From: an uncultured Gemmatimonadales bacterium | GTDB taxonomy: Bacteria; Gemmatimonadota; Gemmatimonadetes; Longimicrobiales; RSA9 | Assembly: GCA_963798085.1 (NCBI GenBank) | Contig: CAWCRS010000007.1 | Location: 832,001-896,000 of the forward strand | Length of the DNA stretch: 64,000 nt | Direction of reading: 5' to 3' | In this document: positions 1 through 10,693 of the stretch, piece after piece | How the letters are laid out: each line of letters starts with the position of its first letter | Position numbering within the stretch: position 1 is the stretch's first letter | Notes under the pieces: model-generated | Told to the model about the DNA's origin: nothing | The model's input: the letters and a program-made list of their open reading frames with translations, nothing else | The model's database searches: none | Program-made: the position numbers and the translations under genes

Positions 1-1509
1 ACCGTCGAACGCGTGAATGGCGCAGGGCACGCCGGCTTCGCGACAGCGCCACGCCAGCAGGTTGTTGGCATCTTCGATCTTGAGCGTCGAGATGAGCAGC
101 TTCGCGGTGGGCAGATCGGCGTCGCGCAGCAGGCTGCTGTGCTCCGCGCTGCCCTCCAGCGTCTCCGCGGAAAGGTCGCGCAGTTTGCCCGCATCCGTGT
201 CGATCGCCAGCACGGTTTCGCCGCGCGCCGCCAGCTCGCGCACCAGCATCAGACCAAGCGTGTTCAGGCCTACGATGATGATGTGCCCGCGCCGTCGCGT
301 CTGCGGCTGGACCCCTTCGGGATGGGCGCGCAGCAGCCGCAGCGCGCCGGCGCGCAGCGCGGCGTCGTATACGGCGTCACCATGCTGGATGCCGAGCGCA
401 GACAACGCGATGGAGATGAGTCCCACGGCGGCCAGCACGGCCAGCGTTTCCGCGCGGATCCAGCCGTCGCGCACGCCCAGCGCTGCCAGGAGGAACGAGA
501 ACTCGCTCACCTGCGCCAGCGTGAGCGCGGTCAGGAACGCGCTGCGCGAACCCTGCCGCAGCCTCGCCAGCAAGGCCAGCAGCACGCCCGGCTTGAGCAG
601 CAGCACGAACAGCGTGAGCACCAGCACGAGCCAGGGACGGCGCAGCGCAGCGGCGGGATCCATCTGCGCGCCCAGCGCCACGAAGAACACCGCCATGAAG
701 AAGCCTGCCAGCGGCTGCACGCGCCGGCGCAGCTCGTGTGTGTGCGGCAGCTGCGCCAGTGTGACGCCGGCAATGAACGCACCGATCTCGACGGAAAGTC
801 CCGCCGCGGCAGCGCCCGCCATGTAGAGGAAACACCAGGCCAGACTGCACACGAACAGCGCTTCCGGTGCCGCCGCCAGCCAGGTGAAGAGACGTACCAG
901 CACCATGCGCACCAGCACCCAGCCGCCCAGCAGCAGCAGCGTCATTCCTGCGAAGGCGACTACCAGATCGTGCGCTACTCCATCCGCCGCGCCGGCGCGA
1001 CCCAGCCCGGCCGACAGCGTGAGTGACAACAAGGCGAGCAGGTCCTGCAGCAGCAGCACGCCCAGAGCGAGACGGCCGTGCAACGTCTGCAGCTCGCCCC
1101 GCCGGCCCAGCAGATCCAGCGCCACGACCGTGCTGCTGAACGTCAGCCCCGCTGCCAGCACGAGCGCGTCCGCGACAGGCAGGCCGAACAGACGCGCGAG
1201 CGCATAGCCGCCACCCGCGCTGAGCAGCGCCTGGCCCAACCCGGCCAGAACGGCGATGCGTCCGACATCGCGCACGGTGCTCAGTCGCAGCTCGAGACCC
1301 ACGAGGAAGAGCAGCAGCGCAATGCCGGCTTCCGAGAGCAGCGCGACGTGCTCGGTGACTCGCACCAGGCCACCCAGCGGACCGAGAATCACGCCCGCCA
1401 CCATCCATGCCAGCAGTGCCGGCACGCGCACGGCTCGCGCCAGCAGACCGGCCGCCGCGGCCGCCACCACGGCAAGTCCCACTTCCCGCAGGATCAGGAA
1501 CTCGTCCAT
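1..1509 (-). CDS. CPA2-family cation:proton antiporter (KefB/KefC-like) with C-terminal TrkA-N/KTN domain; runs off the left edge
   Basis: Manual translation from ATG 1509 gives MDEFLILREVGLAVVAAAAAGLLARAVRVPALLAWMVAGVILGP...GIALLLFLVGLEL. Later come FSSTVVA and GVLLLQD, then a Rossmann-like HIIIVGLNTLG...VLAIDTD near the edge. It is absent from the ORF track because no stop lies in the window. Confidence 0.88.
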   Translation of the reverse strand, partial: MDEFLILREVGLAVVAAAAAGLLARAVRVPALLAWMVAGVILGPLGGLVRVTEHVALLSEAGIALLLFLVGLELRLSTVRDVGRIAVLAGLGQALLSAGGGYALARLFGLPVADALVLAAGLTFSSTVVALDLLGRRGELQTLHGRLALGVLLLQDLLALLSLTLSAGLGRAGAADGVAHDLVVAFAGMTLLLLGGWVLVRMVLVRLFTWLAAAPEALFVCSLAWCFLYMAGAAAAGLSVEIGAFIAGVTLAQLPHTHELRRRVQPLAGFFMAVFFVALGAQMDPAAALRRPWLVLVLTLFVLLLKPGVLLALLARLRQGSRSAFLTALTLAQVSEFSFLLAALGVRDGWIRAETLAVLAAVGLISIALSALGIQHGDAVYDAALRAGALRLLRAHPEGVQPQTRRRGHIIIVGLNTLGLMLVRELAARGETVLAIDTDAGKLRDLSAETLEGSAEHSSLLRDADLPTAKLLISTLKIEDANNLLAWRCREAGVPCAIHAFDG

Positions 1510-1801
1510 TCCCGTTCGAGTTGGTTGCTCATCGAGCGCAACGCGCTGCCTTGCGGCAGTGGCAGCAAGCGGCGACGCTTCGGCGACACGCGGACAACAG
1601 GTACGGGAATCGCCGACTGCCTCCCTCCTGAAGCGAGGGCAACGTAGTTGCGATTCCCCGGAGCAGCCAGCACACCAAACCACGGCTTTCAGGTCGCGTA
1701 GAAAGGAACGACGGAGCCGGTTCATGGCGAGCGGTCGGTGCTGCGCCGGCGGGATGAGGCCCCGCACGCAGCTGCATCGCACCACACGGGAGGGAAAACA
1801 A

Positions 1802-2530
1802 ATGCTGCGCAGAATCGTGAGGACCTGCCTGACAACCGGCGCGCTTTTCGCCGCCGCGACGGGTGCGCGTGCCCAGACGGACATGCCATACAAGCCATTG
1901 CACGCCCGCGCCAGCGGGGGACTGCTCATTGCCAGCCCGGTGGGCGAATTCAACGACTACGTCGGCACCGGCTGGGGATTGGGAGGCACCTTCATCCTGC
2001 ACCTGGACCGCGCCGGCATCATCGGGTTGCGCGCGGACGCGGGCTTCCTGAACTACGGCAACGAGAAGCGCCAGGTCTGTCTGAGCGAAACCGTGGGCTG
2101 CCGTATCCAGGTGGACCTGACCACCAGCAATAACATCGTGTTTGGGAGCATCGGTCCCGAGCTGACCGCGCCGGCCGGACCGGTGCAGCCCTACGTCAAC
2201 GCCTCCATCGGATTCTCGTATTTCGCCACGACATCGTCGCTTCACGGCAGCAACAACTCGGGGAGCGATCCCATCGCCAGCACCACCAACTTCGACGATG
2301 GTACATTCGCCTGGCAGGCCGGGGGCGGGCTGCGCGTGCCCATCACTGCCGGACGACTCCCCGTGCAGCTCGACGTCGGGGCCCGCTACCACGACAACGG
2401 CCGCGTACAGTACCTGACCAGGGGCAGCATTACCGACAATCCGGACGGCTCCATCACCCTGCATCCGCTGGACAGCCAGACCAATCTGGTCACCTTCCTG
2501 ATCGGCGTCTCGCTGGGCGTGCGCTGGTAG
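1802..2530 (+). CDS. Secreted outer-membrane beta-barrel (OmpA-like) protein
   Basis: RBS GGAGGG, signal peptide ending ARA-Q, alternating amphipathic strands, and a C-terminal aromatic residue (GVSLGVRW). Confidence 0.75.
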   Translation: MLRRIVRTCLTTGALFAAATGARAQTDMPYKPLHARASGGLLIASPVGEFNDYVGTGWGLGGTFILHLDRAGIIGLRADAGFLNYGNEKRQVCLSETVGCRIQVDLTTSNNIVFGSIGPELTAPAGPVQPYVNASIGFSYFATTSSLHGSNNSGSDPIASTTNFDDGTFAWQAGGGLRVPITAGRLPVQLDVGARYHDNGRVQYLTRGSITDNPDGSITLHPLDSQTNLVTFLIGVSLGVRW

Positions 2531-2538
2531 CGAACGGT

Positions 2539-2567
2539 GCGGGCGGCCTGCGGGGCCGCCCGCTTTT
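2539..2567 (+). terminator. Intrinsic terminator
   Basis: GCGGGCGGCC-tgcgg-GGCCGCCCGC stem followed by TTTT, just after the 2530 stop. Confidence 0.7.
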
Positions 2568-2658
2568 CGGCGGCCCGCCTGTCCGTGCGCGCGCACACTG
2601 ACAACTTCCTGCCGCCCCGGTCTGTCCAACCCTGCAGACCTCGCTTCCCGGAGTACGC

Positions 2659-5095
2659 ATGGACCGCTTACGGCAGGACATCCGCCTGGCGCTGCGGCGC
2701 CTTCGGCGCGCGCCCGCCTTCGCCGCGCTGGCGACGCTCACGCTGGCACTCGGCATTGGCGCTAACACCGCGATATTCAGTGTCGTGCGCGGCGTGCTGC
2801 TCGCGCCGCTGCCGTACGGCGGTGTCGATCGCGTGGTCATGCTGTGGAACTCGACAGGGGGCACGCAGCCGAAGTGGATCTCCGAACCGGAAGTCATGGA
2901 TTACCGCGCAGGCGTCAGCAGCCTCGCCGAAGTGGCCGCGTACGACGATGGTTTCGAGAATCTGGCCGGCTCGGGCGAGCCGCAGCGCGTGCAGGCCGCT
3001 CGCGTCACACCCAACCTCTTCGCCGCGCTGGGCGTATCGACAATCCTGGGCCGCGCCATTGCCAGCGAAGAAGGTACGCCCGGCCGCGATGCCGTGCTCG
3101 TGCTCAGCAATGAGCTGTGGCGCAACAGCTTCGGCAGCGATCCCGGCATCATCGGCCGCACCCTGCGCCTCAACGGACTGCCGCGTACGGTGATCGGTGT
3201 GCTGGCGCCCGGTGTGCGTCTGCCAACCGACTTCGCCGATGGCAGAGCCACCGACATTCTGGCTGCCCCTGCCGCTGCGACCCGACAGTCTGGGCGGGCG
3301 AGGCAGCCACTACCTGTTCGGCGTGGGCCGCCTGCGGCCGGGCGCCACCGTGGCGCGCGTCAATGCCGAGTTAGCGGCGGTCGCGGCCGGCTGGGAACGC
3401 GACGGACTGGTGCGCAAGGACAGCCACTTCGGCGCTTTCGCGATTCCCATGACGCAGCACGTCCTGGGCGATGTCCGGCCCACCCTGCTCGTGCTGCTCG
3501 CCGCCGTCGCGTTCGTGCTGCTCATCGCGTGCGCCAACGTGGCCAGTCTCACCCTGGCGAGGTCCAGCGCGCGGCGCCGCGAAGTCGCCGTGCGCGCGTC
3601 GCTGGGCGCTGCCCGCATGCGCATTGTGAGCCAGCTGCTCACGGAAAACCTCATGCTGGCTCTGGTCGGTGGCGCGCTGGGCATCGGCTTCGCATGGGCC
3701 GGTCTGCGCCTGCTCGTGGCACTCGACGCGGCCGCATTGCCTCGCCTCGCGGATGCCAGAGTCGACGCTGTCGTGCTCGTGTTCACGGCGTTCGTAGCCA
3801 TGCTGACCGGCGTGCTCTTCGGGCTCGCACCCGCGCTGCAACTGTCACGCACGAACCTCACGAGCGAGCTGCGCGAAGGCTCGCGCGGTACCACCGCAGG
3901 GCGCAGCCGTTTGCGCTTCCGCCGCGGACTCGTGGCCAGCGAGCTGGCGCTCTCCGTCGTGCTCGTCATTGGCGCCAGCCTCATGGTGCGCAGCCTGCGC
4001 GCGCTGCAGCGCATTCCGCTGGGGTTCGATCCCGATCATGTGCTGACGGTGCGCATGTCGCTGCCGCCCGCCGAATTTGCGTCCGACGCGGACGTGGCCC
4101 GCTTCTACGACCAGCTCGTGCATCGCGTCGGCGCGCTGCCCGGCGTACGCTCCGCCGGCGCGGTGCGCGTGCTGCCCCTGGCCCGCACGATTGGCGACTG
4201 GTCCATCGAAATCGAAGGCTACCAGGCCGCGCCCAACGAAAACCCCAACGGCCGCTGGCAGGTGGTAACACCCGGTTATTTCGAGACCATGGGCGTGAAG
4301 CTGCTGGCCGGCCGCTTCATCAACGATGGCGATCGCGCCGACGCGCTGCCGGTCGTCGTGATCAATCACACCATGGCGGAGGCCTACTGGCCGCACCAGG
4401 ATCCGCTGGGCAAGCGCTTCCGCTTCCCCGGCCGCGATGTCTGGAGCACGGTCGTCGGTGTGGTGCAGGACGAACGGAACAATGGCGTGACCGAAGCGCC
4501 GCGCACCGAGATGTACCACCCCCACGACCAGTACCGGCTGGCGCCCGGCTTCTCGCCGCGCGAGATGACACTGCTGCTGAAGACCACCGGCGATCCGCTG
4601 GGCATGGCCGCGCAGGTGCGTCGCGAGATCCAGGCGCTGGACGCCAGCCTGCCCGTTTCCGACGTGCGCTCGATGGAGCAGGTCGCGGCCGGCGCGCTGT
4701 CGCAGCCCACCTTCACTTCCGCACTGCTCGGCATTTTCGCCAGCGTGGCGCTCCTGCTCGCCGCCATCGGCATCTACGGTGTCGTGTCGCACGGCGTGGC
4801 GCAGCGCCGCCAGGAAATCGGACTGCGCATGGCGCTGGGCGCCGATCGCGCCTCCGTGCTGCGCATGATCGTCACGCAGGACGCGCTCACCACCGGTATC
4901 GGCATTGCCTCCGGCATCATTGCGGCGCTGTTCCTCACGCGCTTCATGCAGTCCCTGCTCTACGGCGTGGGCCGGCTGGACCCGCTGACCTTCGTGTCCG
5001 TGCCACTGCTGCTCGTGCTGGTTTGCCTGCTCGCCAGCATCGTTCCCGCCGGCCGCGCGACCGCGGTGGATCCGCAGACCGTGCTCAATTCGTGA
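2659..5095 (+). CDS. MacB/FtsX-type duplicated ABC permease (ADOP family); frameshift near 3240-3260
   Basis: MDRLRQDIRLALRRLRRAPAF...LALGIGANTAIFSVV start, then LLIACANVASL, RRREVAVRASLGA and QRRQEIGLRMALGA. The protein is split across ORFs 2659.. and 3197..5095. Confidence 0.9.
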
Positions 5096-5229
5096 TTCCG
5101 GGGGTGGGTTCAGGGGGAGGGCTGCGGCTGGAAGGCAGGACGACGGGCAGGGATGACAGCGAAAGCGTGCGGCTGGCGGCAATGCTGTAAGGCTGTGTTA
5201 AAGCATTTGCGACGAGGGGGCGGGGGCAG

Positions 5230-5534
5230 GGGAGGGGTTGGGTTCAGGGGTCGGACGCGGGCAAGGGCACCCGTTGAGGGGTGGGGTGCGGGAGCGCGGG
5301 TACGGGTGTTCATGCCCGGTTCTTTGCTCGCGGCATCTTCGCGCCGCCTCTCCGACTGCCGTCCTCGGCTGACGCTTCTCCATCGCCGCTCCGGCATCGT
5401 CCCCGGGCCGGCGCCGGCGGTTCTGACAGGCAGAGCGCAGCAGGTCGGGGAGTTTGCGAGGCGTGCAGAAACCCCTCCCGCTCCCCTCAACCCTTGCGGG
5501 TGCCCGCGTCCGACCCCTGAACCCGACCCCTCCC
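5230..5534. repeat. Inverted-repeat-bounded intergenic element (REPIN/MITE-like)
   Basis: 5230-5263 and 5501-5534 are reverse complements at 33/34 positions. Confidence 0.8.
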
Positions 5535-5700
5535 ATCACCCTTCCCCCGAAGGACAACGAAGAAGGGGCGCACCCGACGCTCAACCCTGGCTTCCTGACC
5601 CGGTCGCGGATTCTTCACCGGCCGAAGAAGGCCGACGTCGACGGCATTCCCCGGGCACTCTATCTTCCCGAAGAAACAGGGGAATCGCATTCTCGGGAGG

Positions 5701-7449
5701 TTGGTCGCCTTGTCGAATTCACGTTCATGCCCGCCAGGGCGCCGGCCCGGCGCGGCTTTGCGCGGCCTCGTGTGCGTCCCGTTGTTGTGCGGCGCCGCCA
5801 GTGCTGCTGCGCAGGTCAACGAACCCGCTCCCATCAAGGCCGGCCGTGTGCCGCCGCACGGCGTCTACGAGCCCGGCGTCAATGCGCTGCACTACCACAT
5901 TGTTATCCGGCTGCCGGACAGCGGCACCTATCTCCGGGGCGACGCCCGCATCGATGTGCGCGTCGTCGCACCCCGGCCGGACACGGTGTGGTTCGACTTC
6001 AGCGGGCTGGCGGTCACGTCCGCCAGCGTTGCGCTGGGAGCCGGTGCGGCGCAGACCGTGACTGCAAGGCTGGACGACGGCCGCGTGTATCTGCCAGTAC
6101 CGCGCAGCGCGCGCACGGGCGATACGCTGCGCGTGCACATCGCCTATGCCGGCACGCCCGATGACGGGCTGATCATCCGCAACAACGTGCACGGCGTGCG
6201 CACCGCGTTCGCCGACAACTGGCCGGACCGCGCGCGCTTCTGGTTCCCGTCCATCGATCACCCGAGTGACAAGGCCACCGCCGATTTCGAGGTGAACGCA
6301 CCCGCCGGCTGGGAAGTCGTGGCCAACGGGATGCGTCCCGCCACCTCGCCTGCACACTTCCAGGATCAGCCGCGCGACGGCATCTGGCGCTGGAGCATCG
6401 ACGTGCCCATTCCCACCTACACCATGGTGATCGGCGCCGCCGACTTCGCGGTCGGCCAGGTCACGCCGTGTGCGCATGGCGGCGTGACGAAGCTGCGCCC
6501 GGACGGCTGCGTGCCGGTCAGCTACTGGGTCTATCCGCAGGACAGTGCGCGCGCCGACAGCATTTTCCGCCGCGCCGGCCAGATGGTCGAGTACTTCAGC
6601 CAGCGCTTCGGCCCCTTCGCCTACGACAAGCTGGCGCACGTGCAGTCGGCCACGCGCTTCGGCGGCATGGAGAACGTGGGCGCTATTTTCTACGACGAGA
6701 AGGCAATTGCAAACGGCCGGTTGGGTGAAGGCACAGTGTCGCACGAAACCCTGCACCAGTGGTTCGGCGACGCCGTCACGGAGAGCGACTGGTCCCATCT
6801 CTGGCTTTCCGAGGGTTTCGCCACCTACTTCGGCATGCAGTTCTTCGAGCACGCCAATGGCGAAGCGAAGTTCCGCCAGCTGGTCGCGGCCTCGGGCAAG
6901 TCGTACATGAACTCGGACGTTACCGACATCGCCATCGTCGATACACTGGCCACGCCTTCCAACGACCTGTTTGCCCTGCTCAACGCCAACAGCTACCAGA
7001 AGGGCGGCCAGGTGCTGCACATGCTGCGCGGCCTGGTGGGCGACAGCGCCTTCTTCACGGGCGTGCGCAACTACTACCAGCAGCACGTCGACGGCAACGC
7101 GCTCACGCGCGACCTGCAGGCCGCGCTGGAGAACGCATCAGGGCAGAAGCTCGACTGGTTCTTCGACGAATGGGTCTACAAGCCCGGCTATCCCATCTTC
7201 CGCGTGGCGCACACGTGGGATGCGCCCGCGGGCGAAGCGGTCGTGACCGTCGAGCAGGTGCAGAAGGCCGCATGGCCTGCCTTCCGCATGCCCATCGAAT
7301 TCGCCTTCGACACGCCGCAAGGTGAGGTCAGGCGCAAGCTGGAAGTGTCGGGCAGGAAGACTGTGCTGCGCGTGAAGCTGTCCAGCGCTCCCACGGCAGT
7401 GCGGCTGGATCCGGACGGCTGGGTGCTGAAGCAGGTGCAGGGCGGGTGA
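5701..7449 (+). CDS. Secreted M1-family zinc aminopeptidase; start uncertain
   Basis: GGMEN exopeptidase motif, HETLH...LWLSEGFATY (HExxH-18-E), YQKG motif, and a signal peptide ending ASAAAQ. Confidence 0.92.
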   Translation: MVALSNSRSCPPGRRPGAALRGLVCVPLLCGAASAAAQVNEPAPIKAGRVPPHGVYEPGVNALHYHIVIRLPDSGTYLRGDARIDVRVVAPRPDTVWFDFSGLAVTSASVALGAGAAQTVTARLDDGRVYLPVPRSARTGDTLRVHIAYAGTPDDGLIIRNNVHGVRTAFADNWPDRARFWFPSIDHPSDKATADFEVNAPAGWEVVANGMRPATSPAHFQDQPRDGIWRWSIDVPIPTYTMVIGAADFAVGQVTPCAHGGVTKLRPDGCVPVSYWVYPQDSARADSIFRRAGQMVEYFSQRFGPFAYDKLAHVQSATRFGGMENVGAIFYDEKAIANGRLGEGTVSHETLHQWFGDAVTESDWSHLWLSEGFATYFGMQFFEHANGEAKFRQLVAASGKSYMNSDVTDIAIVDTLATPSNDLFALLNANSYQKGGQVLHMLRGLVGDSAFFTGVRNYYQQHVDGNALTRDLQAALENASGQKLDWFFDEWVYKPGYPIFRVAHTWDAPAGEAVVTVEQVQKAAWPAFRMPIEFAFDTPQGEVRRKLEVSGRKTVLRVKLSSAPTAVRLDPDGWVLKQVQGG

Positions 7450-7635
7450 GAGCCGTCACTCGTGCGCAGGGCAGACCATCTCCCTGATAGTCATACCCTT
7501 CACCAAGTTCCTCGAAGATGGGCTCACCGGAGAGGAGGCCCGGTGGCGGCATTGAACGCGCGATCTCCGTCGGTTCCTGCTGACGCGTCACGCAGTGCAT
7601 ACCGACCACCGGGAGCCCGCTCAGCAAGTCGCCAT

Positions 7636-8440
7636 CTAGAAGACTCTGTAGACCGCGATCTCCCAGATCGCGGACGGGTCATTGTCAAATGGGAACCAGT
7701 CGTAGTGGTACAGCGTGATTTCACCGCTCACGTGATCGAAGGTGACACTCGGCGTTTGCGGGTTGAGGTGGTACAGGGTTCCGGAATTCGCATCGCCGTC
7801 CCAGACGGCCATGTTTCCGGAAAGGTTCAGGCCAGAGATCACGTCGACGCGGTAGCGCCCAGCCCCGACAGGAATATGAATCGGGCCCGGTTGAATCAAA
7901 ACGCAGAAATATGGATTGGGGTCGCTGATGCACCCCCCGGCGTTGGCGCTATGCCGAGACGCTGAACTGATTGATGAGTTGCGTGGTCGATTGCGAGAAG
8001 ACGACGATCCAGCCCACGTCAGGTCCGAACTGCACGGTCGCTTCTGAACTCGACATCAGCGTGGTGTCGAGAACCTGTCCAGACACGCGTGTGAAGCGGT
8101 AGAGCAGGATCTTCTGAAATGTGTTCGAAGGATCAGAGATCATGACGCGTTGCCTTCTGTCGGATGTCAACGCGACGACTCTGCATTGTTGCGCTTCGAC
8201 GGCTACCATTGGGCCCGCCGGCAGTGACACATTGGGAGTTAGTGCCGCAACGGCGAACTCATGCGGCGCATTGCTGGTGGAATCCGTGCAGACAATCACC
8301 TGTGCAGCTGTGACCGGGGGGGCAACGAAAGCACTCGGCCGCCCTGGTGGTCCGGACGGGTCGTGCATTGTATCGCAGGCGACTCCAAGCCAGATACAGC
8401 CGGCAGCAATCAGTGAGCGGACAAAGACATGACGTGGCAT
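7636..8440 (-). CDS. Hypothetical lipoprotein; probably one gene frameshifted near 7950
   Basis: GGAGGT RBS before ATG 8440 and a lipobox WLGVA-C. The frame of ORF 7636..7899 is open upstream (HSANAGGCISDPNPYFCVLIQPGP) as far as the point where ORF 7949.. ends. Confidence 0.5.
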
Positions 8441-8739
8441 GAAATACCTCCCGTTTGAGGGACAGGTTGGACTGTGGCACCCCTTGCACGCATCGACCAG
8501 GTTGACGCGCCAATCATGGCTGACGCGCGCACTTTCGGATGGGCGGACGGTTCTGTCACGGCAGCATGCGTCCCGAACACGCACGGGACGCGACTCCGCG
8601 ACGGCCCGCTGCGGGCGAGCGCGCAGGGGAGGGCTGGTTGACATGCTGAGCCGCTGCCGCCGCTCATGTTGATTCAGCAGTTACGGCCTACGTTTGTCGC
8701 CGCGAGCACGACGGATCAGACGTGGACAGTATTGACCGA

Positions 8740-9085
8740 AGCACGGTCGCTCATCCTGACACCAAGCTAGGATGTCACGTGAGATCCTCGTGAGATGGCT
8801 ACCAATAGTCTTCCGCAGCACACTTCCAACGTCGGTCTGACGTTGGCGACGCTGGCGATCCCGAGCTGATTCCGCTCGCCGGGAAGCAGCTCGGAATTAT
8901 CGTCTACCTCGCCTGCGCTCCGGGCCGCTCAGCTCACCGCGACCACCTCATTAATCAGCTCTGGGGAAACCTGCCGATGGAAGAGGGCGGGAGCGGCTGC
9001 GCAGCTGCTGACGAGATCGCGCGAAGATCGGCGAGGACTGCTTCGGGCCCCCAAGAGCGACCGCTCGTTCTCACGACACCGCTTC
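8740..9085 (+). pseudogene. Truncated duplicate of the promoter and 5' end of the BTAD/STAND regulator at 16700-17085
   Basis: Near-identical direct repeat of 16700-17085. It differs by a 34-bp deletion between GCGACGCT direct repeats, six single-base deletions and two substitutions. Confidence 0.9.
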
Positions 9086-9816
9086 CGCTCTGGATCCGGA
9101 TCGACAATCTGAAGACGGGCGTAGCCTCGGGTGCGGGCTCGAAGGCCGTGCTGAATACCGCCTACGCCGTGTTCGCGCGTACGTGTGGTTTCGAGATCGA
9201 CCCGTGCCGCTCCCGCATGGCGTCGGACAAGGGCAAGACGGAGCGCAGCATCCGCATCTTCCGGGAGAGCTTCGGTGACCTCTTTCACGAAACGTGGTCA
9301 TCCTGTGAGGCGCTGCAGGCCGCACTCGATCAGCGCGCCGGGACCCTGCTCGACCGGCTGACCTGCCCGATCACAGGCACATCCGTACGCGAGACTCTGG
9401 AGATCGAGCGTGGGCATCTGCAACCGCTGCCCACCATGGACGAGCTGTTCGATGTGGTCGTCTCCAGGCGCGTGCAGCGCGATTGCCTGATCTCCTTCGA
9501 AGGACGGCGCTACAGCGTCCCCTTCGCATGGGTCGGGCGCAGCGTCGAAATCATGGGTACACTGCGCTGCGTCGTCATACGTGGCGATGGCCAGGAGATT
9601 GCGCGCCATCCGCGTCACACCCGGCAGCCGCTCCTCCTCGATCCGCTGCACTATGAAGGCGACTCTACTGATCGCGTGATCCGACCGACGCCCCTGGGTA
9701 TCCGCGGTCGGCTGCAGCTGGCCGGACTCTCTTCCGGTGCCCGCGCCGTGAGCATTCCCGAGCGTGTGCATTGGCCGCTCGACTGGTACGTGCGGCTCGT
9801 GGAGGCGTACCGATGA
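9086..9816 (+). pseudogene. istA: IS21 transposase IstA, 5'-truncated
   Basis: IRIDNLKT, KGKTER (second D and E of the DDE triad region) and ISFEGRRYSVP (Mu-transposase C-terminal domain). The N-terminal HTH and first catalytic Asp are absent. Confidence 0.85.
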
Positions 9817-10649
9817 GCCGCGCACCCAAAGTCGATCTCGATGAGGTCGTGCAGAAGTGTACCGCGCTCGGTCTGGCGCATGCGGCCGAGTGCCTCACCG
9901 AGCTGGTGGAAGAAGGGACGCGAGACAATGCTCCCCCACTACGCTTCCTGGATCTCGTCCTCGAGCGCGAAATCGAATGGAAGACGGAGCGGCGCGTGGC
10001 CACTTCGCTCAAGCTCTCGGGCCTTCCCACCGGCAAGACGCTGGAAGGCTTCGACTGGACGTTCCAGCCGCGCGTCGATCGCGGCCGTCTCGAGGCGCTT
10101 GCCACCTGCGCTTTCATTCGACAGAAGGAGAACGTGCTGTTTCTCGGCCCGCCCGGTGTGGGCAAGAGCCACCTGGCCGTGGCCCTGGGCGTCAAGGCGG
10201 TCAAGAACGGTTTCAGTACCACTCACTTCGTGCTGGACGATCTCATGCATCAGCTGCGTGGGGACGCCGCCATTCCGCCCACCCGGCTCAAGGCCAAACG
10301 CTACCTGAACAGCGCGTTACTCATCATCGATGAAGTCGGCTTCCGCCCGCTCGACCGGCACGAGGCCAATCTCTTCTTCCGCCTGGTCAGCGCCCGCTAC
10401 GAGAAGGGGTCCATCGTGCTGACCTCCAACAAACATGTGCGCGACTGGCCCGAGATCTTCGCCGGCGACGAGATCCTCACCACTGCGATCCTCGACCGTC
10501 TGCTGCACCACGTTTACATTGTTCACATCGACGGCCGCAGCTATCGACTCCGAGACCTCGATGGCCTCCTGCAGCCTGCGGCGGGTCCCGACGGCTCCCA
10601 GCACCGGAAAGGAGGCATCAACAACGAACCAAAGCCGGGAGATGCGTAA
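9813..10649 (+). CDS. istB: IS21 AAA+ helper ATPase IstB
   Basis: Walker A GPPGVGKSHLA, Walker B LLIIDEVG, SIVLTSN and AILDRLLHH; ATGA overlap with istA. Confidence 0.95.
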   Translation: MSRAPKVDLDEVVQKCTALGLAHAAECLTELVEEGTRDNAPPLRFLDLVLEREIEWKTERRVATSLKLSGLPTGKTLEGFDWTFQPRVDRGRLEALATCAFIRQKENVLFLGPPGVGKSHLAVALGVKAVKNGFSTTHFVLDDLMHQLRGDAAIPPTRLKAKRYLNSALLIIDEVGFRPLDRHEANLFFRLVSARYEKGSIVLTSNKHVRDWPEIFAGDEILTTAILDRLLHHVYIVHIDGRSYRLRDLDGLLQPAAGPDGSQHRKGGINNEPKPGDA

Positions 10650-10693
10650 ATCTTGATGTCCCCAGAGTGCGTAAATCTTCGTGTCCCTTTACA
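10643..10693. repeat. IS21 right end with tandem transposase-binding repeats
   Basis: TGCGTAAATCTTGATGTCCC (10643-10662) and TGCGTAAATCTTCGTGTCCC (10668-10687) match at 18/20, followed by TTTACA. TG...CA ends with multiple repeats are typical of IS21. Confidence 0.85.

Larger units (their letters stand above)
9086..10693 (+). mobile_element. IS21-family insertion sequence, left end missing
   Basis: 3' part of istA, intact istB, and a right end with two repeats terminating in ...TTTACA. Confidence 0.9.

Noticed and set aside
13..1647. Long plus-strand ORFs (13..1026, 17..826, 1078..1647) and many similar overlapping ORFs throughout the window
   Set aside because: Shadow or antisense frames of real high-GC genes; Arg/Ala/Pro-rich with no recognisable motifs.
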